NCBI GenBank assembly: GCA_048593225.1
Contig: CM109176.1
Location: 477,371,429 to 477,435,428, forward strand
Source: Sarcophilus harrisii
Taxonomy: Eukaryota
DNA length: 64,000 bases
Reading direction: 5' to 3'
Under the pieces are notes generated by a model, which saw nothing but the letters and a program-made list of their open reading frames with translations, had not been told where the DNA came from and searched no databases. How positions within the stretch are numbered: the stretch's first letter is position 1; each line of letters begins with the position of its first letter. Position numbers and translations under genes: made by a program. Of this stretch, positions 37,336-51,500 are shown piece after piece.

Positions 37336-39099
37336 CTCACTCTGTAAAAAAGCATTTGAGAAGTATCTAATTTATTAAAACAAAATTTATTAAGTAAATT
37401 TTTAAAAGCTCTATGAAAATCAATGAAGCTAGAATAAAAAACCACTAATGATTAAGAAAAAATTATTTGCATCAAATATCTCTGATAAAACTTTGATATC
37501 AAATATAAAAAGAGATTTAATACAACTATTTAAGGCTATCAATCATTCTTCAATGGATAAATAAACATTTTTGGTAAGAGTATGAACAAATAGTTCTAAA
37601 TAAAAGAACTATGAACTATATGAAAGATCAGCCCAAATAACCACTAAAAAGAAAAAATATATATTCCAATCATTCTGAGATTTAACCTCACCACCAGTAT
37701 TATAGGAAAGATGACAAAAAATAGAAACTGTTAATGGAGGGGAGTGCCTATGGGAAGACAAGATAGGTAAAGCTCATCTACTGCAGAAAGGGCTGGCAAC
37801 TGATTCAATGGTTCTGGAAAACAATTTGAAATTATGCTAAAAAAGTAAATAAATATCTGTAGCCTTTGACCCCAAAATCACACTTCTAGATATGTATTCT
37901 CCCATGAAAGACAGAAAGAATCCATATGCATTCAAATATACATATATAAGTATTTGGGGGAGGTTAAGGGTGGCAAAAAATTGGAAATAAAATAGTTGCT
38001 GACAAACTGGATAATGGCTAAATAAATCACACTATAGCAGTGTAATGGCATATTAATCACTGTTCTATAAGAAATGAAAATATGAAGAATTTACTTAAGT
38101 GTGGAATTATATGCACTGATGTAGAGTTAAGTAAGCAGAACTAGGAAAATGATATATAAAATGTTTAATAATATAGATATAAAAGAAAACAAAAAGAACT
38201 CCTGAAAAGAAAAGCTAAATAAATATTGACTTGTTTCTTACATTTTAAAAAGAAAGCTTTAGACACTTCAATGACTGATTCAAAAAGGTTGAAAGTTCTA
38301 TAAACAAATTCATGTCACAAACTATGGCACTTTTGCCCTTTGCTTTTCTTCTATTATTGTAAGATAATGGCCAATGTCAAAGGATAATTCTTGCTATCTT
38401 GAAAGGTTTGTCAGATCCCAAAAAAGTCTGAGCCCCTAAGATGATTAGAACATGCCCAAAGTAGTCATGGAATTTTAATCAGTCTTTTGTTCATCATCTT
38501 AAAGTATAGATTTGAGAGCGTAGATAACACTCTATATCTTGCTTCCCCATCAGTTGTGACCCTAGAACCCTTAGGATACAAAGAAAATACACATAAAATT
38601 AGGGGATATACTTTCTGCACAAAAAGGAAAAACAAGGAAACCATCTTTGGAGCTATGGATTTCCTGAGACTACCTATCTCTCCCCACCCCTGCCCTCAAC
38701 TTCTTCCATGCACACATCTTCCTACCCCTTTACCCTCATCTTATATTTATTTCATATACTTGCAGCATCTCCTATACAGCTCATCTGAAGTTTCAGTTGT
38801 AGATAACAGTCTAACTTTTACTTATGAGCTCTTTCCCTTAATAAAATGGATTATTTACCGAAGGGGGAAAATCACTCATTTGGAGCTCCAAAATACAGAA
38901 ATTAAGATGGGCAAAAAAAATTTGATAAATCTGTTTTTTCATTCAAAGGGAAAAATCCTATAAACTCAGAGAAAAAACAATAATTCAGTCTCTAGTTAAT
39001 AGTCCAGGAAAATATACTTGGGGGGAAAAAAAAAAGAGTACTGTGCTATTTTAGGTATAAGCAAAAAACCCAGGCTGAATAACTACAAACATTCAATGC

Positions 39100-40900
39100 T
39101 CTCAAAGTAATGTGAGATACAGGATGAAGTCTGAGCACTTCTTTACTAACCTAAACTCTGCAAGTTCCTGACCTGCAATTCGGTCTGTCTCTGATTGGAG
39201 TTCCAGTAGATTGCTGCTGGACCCAGTCATTTCAATTAGATGAAAAGCTCTATAGCTTCAAGCTTCAGGATGACAGAATTGAAGGCTTCCCTGTGGTCTT
39301 GTATTCTTGTCTTGGTTTTTCAGATGCAAGTTTTAGACTGGGCAAGTGGCTGAAACCCAAAACCTGCTCTGCTTCACTGGATCAGAGCCATACAAAACTC
39401 TTACTTGCTTCTGCGCTTGCTCCTTGATCAGTACACAGCTGAGGGCCCATGACTGCGCTCCTTATCTGAAACCAAACTTCTTAGAAGATTCAAAGCAGTT
39501 GTAAATGGTTCAAAGTAAATATGGCAGAATGACTCCAGTGGAGCCACCAAGGGATATGTGTTTGACTTTGTTCTGTTTAACATTTTTACCAACAAATCAG
39601 ATAAAGACAAAGATAGTGTAAGCATTAACTTTGCATGTAATACAAAGCTAGCTATCAGAGTGGATGAGGACATCAGGATCCAAAAAATCTTGACAGGCTA
39701 GAGCATTGGGCTGGATTTAATAAGAAATTCAAATGCAATAAATATAAAGCCTTTAAAATTTACTTCATAAGTTTAAGATAAATGGGAAAAAATTTAGTAA
39801 GCATTTACTATATAGCAGGAACTGTGTCAAGCATTAGGAATAAATATACAAACAAGACAGTTCCTGTCTTCCAAATAATTATATTATGGAAGCTTTTATT
39901 TTTTTCTCTGAATTGGAGATTCTGGATTTTGACTATGTTGTTATTGGGAGTTTTCATTTTAGGGTTTCATTGAGGAGATGACCAGAAGAGGCTTTCTATT
40001 CTTTGCCCTCTGGTTCTATGAAACCTGAGCAATGTTCTTTTACAATTTCTTAAAACATGTTTAACCTCTTTTTTGGTTATGGCTTTCAGGTAGTCCAAGG
40101 ATTCTTAAAAGATATCTCCTCAATTTGTTTTGCAGATCAGTTGTCTTTGCTATGAAACAGATGCCTCACATTTCTTTTTTATTTTTGCAGCCTTTTTTTT
40201 GGTTGTTGTTTGTTTGTTTTATTACTTCTTTTTGCTTCATCAAGTGATTAACTTTTTGGAGGAGCCATTCTAATTTTCAATGAATCCGTTGCTTGGGTAA
40301 GGTTTCGTACCTCCTGTGCCAAGCTACTAATTACCTTTCCAATTCTTTCTTTTATAGACCATGATCATGTCTTTCCTTATTATATCCGCTAGTACTGACA
40401 TCTATAAAATAATTTTAAAGTTTTTAAAGGCTCTAGTTTCATTTCTTCCAAGAATTCTAGGTGAATTTGTGCTCAAACTGTTTTTTTTTTTTCTTTAAGG
40501 TTTGCTTGTAGATATTTTGGAGTCATTCTCTTCTTTTAGATTGGTGTACTGAGTATTCCTGTCACCATAACAGATTTTTATGATAGGATTTTTCATTTGT
40601 TTGCTCAGTCTTCCTGCCTACTTTATGATTTCTGGTCAGAATCATTGTACTTCTTGAGGGAATATCTAAGCTGTGCTTGTGTCCTCTTGAGACCTGTTGT
40701 TGCTTTCTCAGGATATTGGGTACTATGTTATTTCAAGTATCAGCAAAAGCCCAGTCCTCAGTCCCTCAGTGGATTTGTAACACAGCACTGGGTAGTGAGT
40801 GATAGAGCTAAAACACTTATTTCCGTTCCCTGCCCAAGGTCAAGCTCTTTTAAGGGTCTGAGATCTAACCCTTCTTGACTTTCTTGACCTCTTCTTGAAA
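39100..40900 (-). mobile_element. Composite repeat. It has the same two families as 31300-32560, in the same relative order but a different arrangement, so it is probably another L1-derived insertion.
   Basis: Motif sharing with 31300-32560 and 5440-6300. ORFs in this region (39428-39673, 40597-40878) have no recognisable protein features. Confidence 0.4.
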
Positions 40901-43643
40901 AATACCATGCTTCTAGGTCAACCCCTATTCTCAGTGTCTATAAACTTACCTATCTCCCTTTGCTGATCTGTAGCAGAAAAAATGACTCACTGTAATTTTT
41001 TTCCCCTTGGATTGCCCCATCAGGACTCAAGTCTAGTGCATGTTTCAGATCTTTGTGGAATAATAACAGGGGAGGGTTGAGCTGTACTTCTCGTGCTATT
41101 CTGCTGTCTTGGAGGTCTTCTAATATTACATTCTTATAGAAGAAGACAATACATATAGGGGACTAGCAACCAAGGAGGAATGTTTTAGATAGTCAGAGGG
41201 AATGTTAAATGGAATCACAGGGCAAAAGACTGACAGATCTGTTTCAGGAATAGTACTATTGATTTGGTTTCACTTCTAGAGCTAGAATTAGAAAAAGTGG
41301 CAGGAGAATAGCGATATCTTGAAAGTGGGCTGAGACCAGCCAAGATAAGATGAATAAATGTTCAACAACCAAAGCCCCAAGATTATAGAAATGTTAGCAA
41401 TTACTAAGAAGTAATATGCCAAAATATATAATATGAAGACTTAACAGGATTTTCAAACTCATTTTGAGTCAGCAGTATAGTATAATAAAACAGCTAAAAA
41501 GGCTAGAGTGATGCTGAACTTCCTCATTAAATTGTAAATCCCCTTAGAGTAGGGATTGTCATCCCCTCTTTTTGTATCTCTAGCACTTACCAAGTGCCTG
41601 ATACAAGCATATAGAAGAGGACAACCTCTTCTGTATGACAACCAGATGGGGAAGGTTGTCAAGATTATGCTAAATGAAGATCAATTAAAGAATTGGAGAT
41701 GCTGAGTTTACATAAGAAAAGACTCCATAAGAGAAGACTTATAAGAATAAGTCAAGACATATTACTCATCTCCAAATATCTGGGAGGCGTCAAAGGGGAA
41801 GAGTAAAAAAAATAATATTCTGTTTGCCATTAGAAGGTAGAACCAGGAGCAACACGTTTAAGTGGCAGAGAAAAGTATTTTATGGTTGCCACAGAAAAGC
41901 AGGGGAAACTTATGCATCTTTCTGACAGCTGTCTGAAGTTACTGGGACCCAACCTCACATCTAGAAGGACACAACATGCCCCTATATTTTTATCACAGAT
42001 GCACACACAATGCCCACTTTAAACTAACTGCTGGATGGATTTTAACTTGAACAGAAAAGCATGGAGGCAAATAATTAACACATTATCTAATGGCAACACC
42101 ACACAGCTCACAAAATTTTCTAGAATTTCTGCAGAGAGGCACAGGAAAGAAATAAAAAGCAAAAGAGAAAGAAATACAAGAGTAGAATTTCAGAAGACAA
42201 ACATTTTCCCAGGTATTATCATTACCATCATCTTCATAATAACTCACATTTATAGTGCTTTAAAATGTACAAGTACTTTCCTTATGACATTCTTGTGAAA
42301 CATATGTGTATCTGTATTTTATAAGTACATAAAAACAGGTATTATTATCTCCATTTTATAAATGAAGAAACTGAAACTCTTGACATTTAAGCCCAAGGTT
42401 ATATAGCTTGACAGGATTTGAAGTCAGGTCCTCTGAGTTCAAGTCCAACAAGTTGTACTGTACTCTACTACCATTCTGCAAATCATCTCAAAGGAACATA
42501 TGAATGAAATCCAATCTGACACAGCAGGGGTGGGGAAGTTTCTTTACATTATATGCAGATTCATATCTCTCTCCTTTAAAAGGTTAAGAGAGTGAATCAT
42601 CGTGCTGGAGGCACATGGTCTTGTTAGAGACGTTGGATGCCATTTTCTTTCATTGAGCTTATGGGAAAACTTAATAAGGGAATAATGATCAAAACATATA
42701 GTTGTGTTTACTTCCTGTCTTTGTCATTTCTGGAAAATTTATAAGAAGATTTATATAAATTAGAAGACCTAGACTTCTAGGTCTTCTTGGGTAGAATAGA
42801 CTTTTCTCTTCAGAAACTGATAACATTTACATAGTGCTTTACAATTTGCAAAGCATTTTACATATATTATCTCAATACCTGGATTATTCACTGAGATAAA
42901 ATAAAAATAATTCTGCTTCAAGTCCCTTTCCTTATGTGATTATAAATGTACAGATGTAATAGATGTTACGTATTACTTGGCTGAATACACATATTACTAT
43001 CTTAATGTGTTTTATCTAAGAAATGCCAAAGGTACGATTTTAAGATGAACAAAAACAACAAACTAAACCAAACATATAATTACATTAACTCTTAGCTTTA
43101 AAATAATCTAACAGAAATGTCATGCTGAAAGACCAAAAATAGAAGGCAGGAAAAAGTAAATACTAATATTTATAAAAATAAGATAGTCAATAGCTATTCA
43201 ATCAAAAACTAAAAGAATACCTATGTGATAGCTCTTTGGAGCCAGGCAATAATTACAAATATTATTTTGTTCAAATGTTTTTTCTAAGCAAATTCCTCTA
43301 ACAAAATTTGAAACCAAGCAAACAAGTTTCTTTCTACTTGTGATGGAAATGGATTTAATAAGATTAAGAACAGGAAGTAGCTGAGGAAAAGCAGGAGCCA
43401 GCCATCTCCTAAGTGTCTTTCTGTCAGCAGTAATTTAGAAACGAGGCTCAATGATACCCCCTTAAAATCCTTTGATAACCCCATGCAAGAAATGCTGCTT
43501 TTATCTGGTCTTATTCTTCTATTTCACTGTTTTCTCTATTGCATACACAAAAAAATTTTTCCTAAATTATGTTCCCCATATAGTTGATTCAAGCAACATC
43601 CTTTTATTCTTTAATTTTCCTCTTCTAGCATTGAATGACTTAC

Positions 43644-44492
43644 CTCCCCAATTGAATCAGTAGACCTTCGACCTCGTTCTTCACTACCCAGTTTTGTGCT
43701 CTTCTGAATTTGAGCAGGTGTAGGTGCTAATTTATCTATTTCTATGGAACTTTTGACTTTTTCTTGATTCTTTTGCTTTTTGTATAAATTTTTCTTCTCT
43801 GAGTATGGGTCCTTATTTTCAGCTTTTTTAATCTCTTCTTTATATTCTTCCACTTTTTTAAATTTCTTTTTTTTCCTTTTAGTTTTGCTATCAGCATCTT
43901 CTTCAGCACTTGCTGTATCATCTGGTTGTTTATCAGAAATCACATCTTGAATTATATCAAGTTCTAACTTATCCTTTCCACTTTTAAATTTTTGTTTGTC
44001 TCCTTTATTATCAAAAGGCAAATCTTCACTGTCATCATCAGCCAACTGAGAAAGTGAATCATCAAATGTACTTGATTCAGATTCTAACAGAGAATCACTA
44101 AGTCTCTCTCTCTTCTTTTTGCTTTCTTTAAAATCATCTCTTACTTTTCCCTTTGAGTCTCTAATTTCACCTTTTTTTACTTTCTTTGCTTCTTTTAAAT
44201 CATCTTTTTTGGTCTTTTTATACTCTTTTGAATCTTCTTTGGATTCTAAAATTCTTTTTTTAGATTTTGAATCAAAGACCAAATTTTCTGAGGAAGTTTC
44301 CAGTTGTGCTTTATTCTTATCTTTTACTTTACCAGATTTCCATTTTCTTTTTTTCAAATCATCAGGGCTTTTGTCTTCTCTGTGCCGTGACTTTTTCTTT
44401 TTTTTCTTGGGGGAAATGTCCTCTTTTGTTTCACTTTGCCAATCGCTGTCAGATTCTGCCTCAAATATGTCATCATCATTCAAAACTAGTCT
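43644..44492 (-). CDS. MPHOSPH8: MPHOSPH8 exon 3, 849 nt. It is a lysine/glutamate/aspartate/serine-rich low-complexity linker: RLVLNDDDIFEAESDSDWQSETKEDISPKKKKKKSRHRE...GSEERGRRSTDSIGE.
   Basis: Acceptor ttattttatag|AGACTAGTTTTG and donor GGGGAG|gtaagtcat. It covers most of minus-strand ORF 43611..44483. It is the counterpart of the human segment RLSLNNDIFEANSDSDQQSETKEDTSPKKKKKK...GEERGLWSTDSAEE. Confidence 0.9.
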
Positions 44493-47400
44493 CTATAAAA
44501 TAAAGATATAAAAGGTTAAAATACTTAAATCCTATTTTGCTTTTTATATTTCTTCTACCTAACTTCCTGCCTAAAAAATTTCCAAAAGAATCAGAATAAA
44601 AAAAAAAAGTTTACAAGAACAAAAGAGAAAAAATATCTTTTTTTTTTTTCATTTTAAGGCATAAATTTTTAATACTAGTCAAACAAAAGGGAAAAAGTCA
44701 GTCAACTAAGGATAAACATTGATAAGGATTAAAAAAAAGATGTCTGGTTGAATTGGGTAGCAAAAACTAAAAAAAAAACACACACAGAAAGTCATTATTA
44801 TAATCAATAGGTAACAGAAACTTAATATCAGTTTATCACTTATATTCTATTAACTATTCTATCATCAATTTTAAAAAGAAACTTTACAAAGTGACATACC
44901 ATTTAAATTAAGTTGGTGTCCATTCTTCTTGGTTACTAATATCTGGATACTAGCCTTTAGGAATAATATTCTATCTAAATCATACCAAAAAAGTAGAGAA
45001 TTTTGATTCCCAGAAAAACCTCTGAAATTTGTTGCCATAGTACAGAATTTTTAAAATTTAGCTTTCAAGAAAAAACATAGCAATAACATTTGGCAGTGAA
45101 ATATAATTTAAATTTTGTTAAATATTCTAAAGTATTGCCATTTTAATGTGGAGAACAGCCTCTCACATAAAAATCTACAAAATCTGCAAATTGTGGATAA
45201 GTAAAACATGAAACAACTTCTACTAATATGTTTCTGAAAAATGAAGAGCAAGAACAAATCTTATTTATCTTTTAACTTTTATTATATAATCAGAAATATG
45301 TTCTCATGCAAAAAAATAAGCTAAGAGATAATAAAATCACACTTGACAGCACAGGACAAAAATAAAAATTACAAAAAAGATCTTCATACCCTTTGAATAA
45401 TTCTACTGTTGAGAATGTGCTCTAAAGTGTTCTCATAAACAAAAAAATCTGTTATTTATTCAAAGTTTTCATAGAATGGCTTGGTGTATAATTTGTCAAA
45501 ACCTAAATAACCAACAAGGAAATGTGTAAAAAATATATAGTAAATCAATGTAATAGAACACGTACAATTAAGACTGAAAATTAATGACACAAAGAAGTTA
45601 ATAATACAAAATAAAGAAGGTTGAATGATAAAGTATATATTTATACCTATGTAACAGACTATATGAATGTAAGTGGACAAGAAATACTAACAAGCATCTC
45701 AGAGGAAGTGACTAAAAAAATTAACTTTATGTTAATTAGTTACATTTTATACAATGAAATTAATTTAAATATAAATAACTTATAAAAAGTTGCTAGTTAT
45801 ATTAATGTTCATATTAAGCTTTTAATAAAAACAATTAAAAGAGAAAAAACGGTAAGTAAGAAAAAAATTTTAAAAGCAGGCTTAAAAACACTTTTATTAA
45901 CTTTCAGTCTACGTTTTAGGTCTACATAGAAGAAAGAGCAAATGAGAATTAAAAAACAGTAGTAGCTAGAAGATAGGATGTATTTAATTTAAATCTATTA
46001 AAATGACATCTCTAATCATGATTTTGAGATAATAATTTTCACAACTTACCAATAAACATAAATTTTTAAAGTATATGCCATAAAAAGTTGACATTCTCTG
46101 AAGATCAGTCACCTTCTTTGCCCACTAAAACCAGTACAGAATGATTTGGAAATGCTATAAGCAGGACATAAAGGATTACTCTGATGATTGGCAGTCTCAG
46201 GAAGGCAGTTATCAAAGATCAGACCCACTTAAACTGTTTATATCAAGGGTGCCTACTGAAATAAGGAAAAGAAGGGATAACAAGGGAGAATGGGTCTCTA
46301 CTGGGAACTAGCCTACACCTTAAACACCCATGATACACATTCTGGATGATACATAAATAGAAAACAAAAACAAAAACAAATCACTAGAAGCAGCTACCAA
46401 AGTAACTAAGCTTTGCAAAGGCTCAAAATGTGGGAAACTTCTCGTAGGAATAAATAACCAACTTTTTACTAAAGATATGAATGAATGCATTAACAAGTAG
46501 AAGAAAAATGGCTGGAAAACAAATCATACTAAGGACCTTCTTTAGAGAGACCCAATTCCCTAAGCTGGATAATATGACTTAAGACAAGAATACTGAGTGG
46601 AGGTATGAGCCTTGCTCATTCAAAAGTTGAAGGTAATGTGTAAAGTACAAGTACAGAAATTAGAAAGTTAAAAGACTTAATCAATACTCTTAGAAGAAGT
46701 TAAATTTTGCTTAAGGTATTCTGTTTAACCCTTCAATATTCTCTTTAAACATTTTCTCATATTCTATATATTTTTTTGTCTTAAGAGTCATATTCCATTT
46801 TCTTTAGGTTTTTCCATTTGCTCATGTTTTAAATTTCTTATAAAATAAAATACAGTCAACAACTGTGGGAAAGGTTCACATTCACTAATAATAGGAGGCA
46901 GACTCTCAACTCCAGAAGGTCCAACTAAACTCTAATTTGCCTAATTATTGCCTCAGGACACCTAAAATCCATTCAGATTGTTTGACTTGTTCAAGTGACT
47001 TGACCTAATGGTAGACACATCAACATCAGGTAAGATGGAAGGCTAAATAAATAAACTACTATTTCCCTGCCACTGTCTTCTAAGAACTTCCTACCCTTAC
47101 CACCTGGCTATATAGCCTGAAGTTCTTAACACTGTCATTTGACCTACTTACAACTTGAGGTTGCCTGCCTGGGCATTGCCATATGCCTTTCTGGTGTCTT
47201 TTGCTTTCTGGTATCTGGAAGCTGAAATTCCTTGTGTTATCTTCTCCCAATTAGAGTTGGTAAACGTGACCAACCTTTCTCTTGACTTTCAGTCCCTCAT
47301 CACCAGTAACCTATTGAACATTTCAAGCTCAGCATGGCCAAATGTAGAATTCATTATCATCTTTCCCTTAAAGCTCTCCTTTAAACTTCTCTATTTCTAT

Positions 47401-47916
47401 GATCAATCTTACAGGGGATATAGTAAAATTGGAATACTAATACACTACTGGTGAAATTATGAACTGATCCAATCATTCTGAGGCCAATGGAACTATAAGA
47501 GCTATAAAAACGTTTATACTGTTTGATCCAACAATACAATTACTAAAAAGAGATCAAAGAGACCAAAAAAGGGGGAAAAGACCTAGTTGTACAAAAATAT
47601 TTATAGCAGTTCTTCTTGTGGTGGCAAAGAACGGGAAATTGAGGGAATGCCCATCAACTGGAGAATGACTGAATAAGTTGTAATATATGATGGTAATGGA
47701 ATGATACTGTGCTGTAAGAAATGACAAAAATAAAAGATTATTTCAAAAAAGCCTGGAAAGAACTGATGAAAAAATGGAGTGAATAGAATCAGAATGTTTG
47801 TACATAGTAAAAGCAATACTGTATCACACTTAACTGTGAATTACTTAGCTATTCTCAGCAATACAATGATCCAAGACAAATTCAAAAGACTCATGATGAA
47901 AAATGCTATCCACTAT

Positions 47917-48067
47917 ACTTAACATGTATAAGACTGCCTGCCATATAGGGGAGGGGGTGGAGAAAGGGAGGGAAGGGAAAAGTTGGAACAGAAGTGAATG
48001 CAGGGGATAATGCTGTAAAAAATTACCCATGTGTATGTACTGTCAATAAAAAGTTATTAAAAAAATA
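47917..48067 (+). repeat. LINE 3'-tail repeat family, copy 3.
   Basis: gcctgccatataggggagggggtggagaaagggagggaagggaaaagttggaacagaagtgaatgcaggggataatgctgtaaaaaattacccatgtgtatgtactgtcaataaaaag. Confidence 0.6.
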
Positions 48068-48496
48068 AAAAAGAAAAATGCTATCCACATCCAGAGAAAG
48101 AACTGATGGAGTCTGAATGCAGACTGAAGTATACTATTTTTTACTTTATTTAGGGGGAGAGGGCTTTTTTTTTTTTTGAGGGGGTTGTTTCTTCTTTCAA
48201 CAACACAACTAATATGGAAATAAATTGTTTGCCATCAGGGAAGGAAGAAGGAATATGGGATTCAAAATTTTCAAAAATTAATGTTAAAAATTACCTTAAC
48301 ATATAACTGAGAATAAAAATAAACAAATTTCTCTGTTTCTGTATAATCTCCCAGGTTTATAATCATTCTGAACTTATCCTCAATCCATATAACCAATTGG
48401 CAACCAATTTTTATCTCTAACACATTTCTCTTTCATCTCCTCTCTTTTCTCTACTTATACTATATATACACACTAATACCACCTTCTGAGTATGTG

Positions 48497-48538
48497 TTAT
48501 ATACACACACACAACCACACACACATATATATAAAAAG

Positions 48539-48583
<45 letters not shown>
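48497..48583. repeat. (CA)n-like tract followed by a (TG)21 microsatellite.
   Basis: atacacacacacaaccacacacacatatatataaaaagctgtgtgtgtgtgtgtgtgtgtgtgtgtgtgtgtgtgtgtgtgtgtgtg. Confidence 0.9.
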
Positions 48584-48584
<1 letters not shown>

Positions 48585-51500
48585 CTAGAAAGCCTGTCCA
48601 AATAACAGGATTAGTCAACTTCTAATCAAATATCCTGAGTATGTCCCTTTATTTACAACTTCAAAAGTAAAATTTCACATACTGACTTTCCATATAAAGA
48701 GAAACACAGATCTATATATAAACAATGTTTATCCAGACCTTGTAGACATCTTTAATTAACCACATAAAATCATAGAAGGTGTACACTCACACTATAGGCT
48801 AGACCAAACTTTTTTTCACTCACAACACTTTTCCTCAAGAAATTTTTGTGTGACTCTGGGTATGTAGATTTATAAAATAGGTATACAATTCAAACACAAT
48901 GATAATAAATCAATTTCACAAATTCCACATTCCGTTATGAAGGTGGAGTGAACTACAGTTTAAGAAGCTGAGGGCAAAAAGATAGATGCCTATTGCAACT
49001 GCAGAGAGAAGAACTTGGTAAATGAAATTGTCAAGTGGTTATTTTGGTCACAAACACTTAGCTGTTTAAGTGATCAACTTGTCAAATGTTCATTATTTTT
49101 CCTACAATGTAAGATTCTAGCAAGTCATTATATCAAACGGATAGTGTAAAAAGCAATCTTTAGGAAGCATGCACTATACAATTATGAGGCATTCAACCTG
49201 AAAAGCATGCTATGCTAAATTTCTCATTTAAAAAATGTTTAAAGTGCCAAATTCATGTTTAAAATTATGTATCATGCATCATTGTTCACTTTCCCAAATC
49301 AAAGCTAATAAGCAAAATGAACTAGAGATACTAATATATAAAAACAAAAATTTGACATTATAATAAGTAACCTGAGAATTGGTAGGATAGGATTCATGAC
49401 TACAATATGGCTCTGTAACTACACAACTTATTCAAAAAGGAAAAGGATAGGTAAAAGGAAAAGTAGGGAAGCTGGTCAAAGAATAGCACTGAAACCTGGA
49501 AACCATAATGATAAGCAACAGTGAAGAATACTGGGGTGAAGATCAAGAGGCAGAAACAGATGTGATACTGTCACATGAATGTAATACAGATCCCTTGTAC
49601 AGAGCAGAAAAATAAATGAGTTACAGAAAAAGATTACAATCCTGGCATAGGGTATGATTATCATAGTGATAGGGGGGGAAAAGGCACACTAATTACTAAT
49701 GATGTTGGTGGAACTATAAATTAGTAGTCATGCTAGAAAATAATTTTGAATTATACAAATTAAATAGCTAAAATGTTCATATATTTTGATCTAGAGATTC
49801 CACTTCTAGGCATATATTCCAAAATGATCGTTGACAAAAAGGCTTCAATAGCCACTAAATTGTTTACAATAGCATTTTTGTGGTAGCAAAGAATCATTAA
49901 AAAATGAAATACTCAGAGGTCAAGAACTGGCCAAAGGAAATGTGAAACTATGAGTATAATAGAATATAATTGTGCTATAAGGAATGAAAATATGTAGAGA
50001 AGCACGAGAAGACTTACAAGATTATACAAAATGAAGTAGGCAGAGCCAAGGAAAAATATGCAGAATAATTACAAAAACATAAGTGTAAAGAACACAAAAT
50101 AACAAAAAAAATGAATGTTGCAAAATTTTGAATTAATAAACTTGACCCTGACAAAAAAAAAAAAGCAATACAAAAAGACAATTCCCTTCACTTCTCTAAT
50201 GTGTCTTTGGAGGAGAGAAAGGATATAGATGTGGACTGTTATACATTATATATTTTTTTCAATCTACTGATTGGCTTTGATAAGTTTTTGTTTTCTTTTT
50301 TAAAAAATTTCTCTGTTATAAGGGATGGCTCTGAGGGGAAGAAGAGGAATAACAGAATAGTTAGGTGATATAAAAATAAAAGACAGCAATAAAAATCTAT
50401 TTAAAAAGTAGAGCAGCTAACAATTTATTATCTTGCCCTAATTCAAGAATCAATAAAGAGAACTGTCATTCTAGATCTGATTGTCACCAACAAAGTTATT
50501 CTTTGCAGGAGTGGTAATGATACAACCTTAAGGAGAAGGTATTTCTCCATTTTAGAATGCGTGAAAGAAAACAGGAAAGTAATATACCCTAGATTTTAAC
50601 AGAGAAAAATTCAAAGGGTATAGGAAAGAATAGATAGGATTCAAATTGCGTAAAATCAGTCCAAAAGAAATAAGAAGTTCTAAAGAATGGACAGCTGAAG
50701 TCAATAGAACAAGTATTTTTAAAGCACCTATTATATAACAGCACTGCTTGGAATTGAGGGTAAAAAGATAAAAATGAAATACTTCTTGCCCTTAAGAGGT
50801 TTATATTTGGCAGAGACCAAATGTACATCTAAGTAAAAATAAAATTTCAAATAATATGGGGTGGGGGACAAGCAGGTAGGAATAGGAGATAGCTGGGTTT
50901 TGACAGAAACAAGGCATTCAAGGGGACAGATCTGAAGAGGAAGTGTGTTTCAGGAATGAAAGTAGGAAAATACAGAAAAAGGAGGACCTGTCCTAAATAA
51001 ACAATGCCAATGCACAGAGAAGCCACCAATTAACTTGGATTTAATTTTAAAAGCACATGGCACAGTCTGGTAAGTGTAGTGCTATTATTAATTTAGGAAA
51101 TACCTAAACAAATTGTGATCCATGAATGTATTGGAATATTACTGTGTTATAAAAAAGAATGAGTATGTTGAACATAAGAATCATGGAAAAATTTTCATGA
51201 TCTTACACAGTGAAACAAGCAGATCCAAGAAATGGCATAAACAACAACAATGAAAATGAAAGCAACAACCACAAGGAAAATAAATATGAATATTACAAAA
51301 TGACAAAAAACAACCATAGCTCCAAGGAAAAAAATAAAAGGAAACTTCCTCCCTCTTTCTCTCTCTGTCTCAGAGAGGGAAGAAGAATGAGAAAAATTTT
51401 ATTTTTGTTGAAGTTAAAAAAAAAAAAAATGTATTATTAAACGTGTATTTTAAAAGAGAATAATGTAATCTGTACTTAAGTAAAAGAAATAAATGGAGAT

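Noticed and set aside
43611-44483. A 290 aa lysine- and acidic-rich minus-strand ORF that could be taken for a stand-alone gene.
   Set aside because: It is exon 3 of MPHOSPH8. The splice acceptor is at 44494/44493, 9 nt above the ORF's first codon. The donor GGGGAG|gtaagt at 43644 ends the exon before the ORF's stop codon, and the reading frame continues into exon 4.
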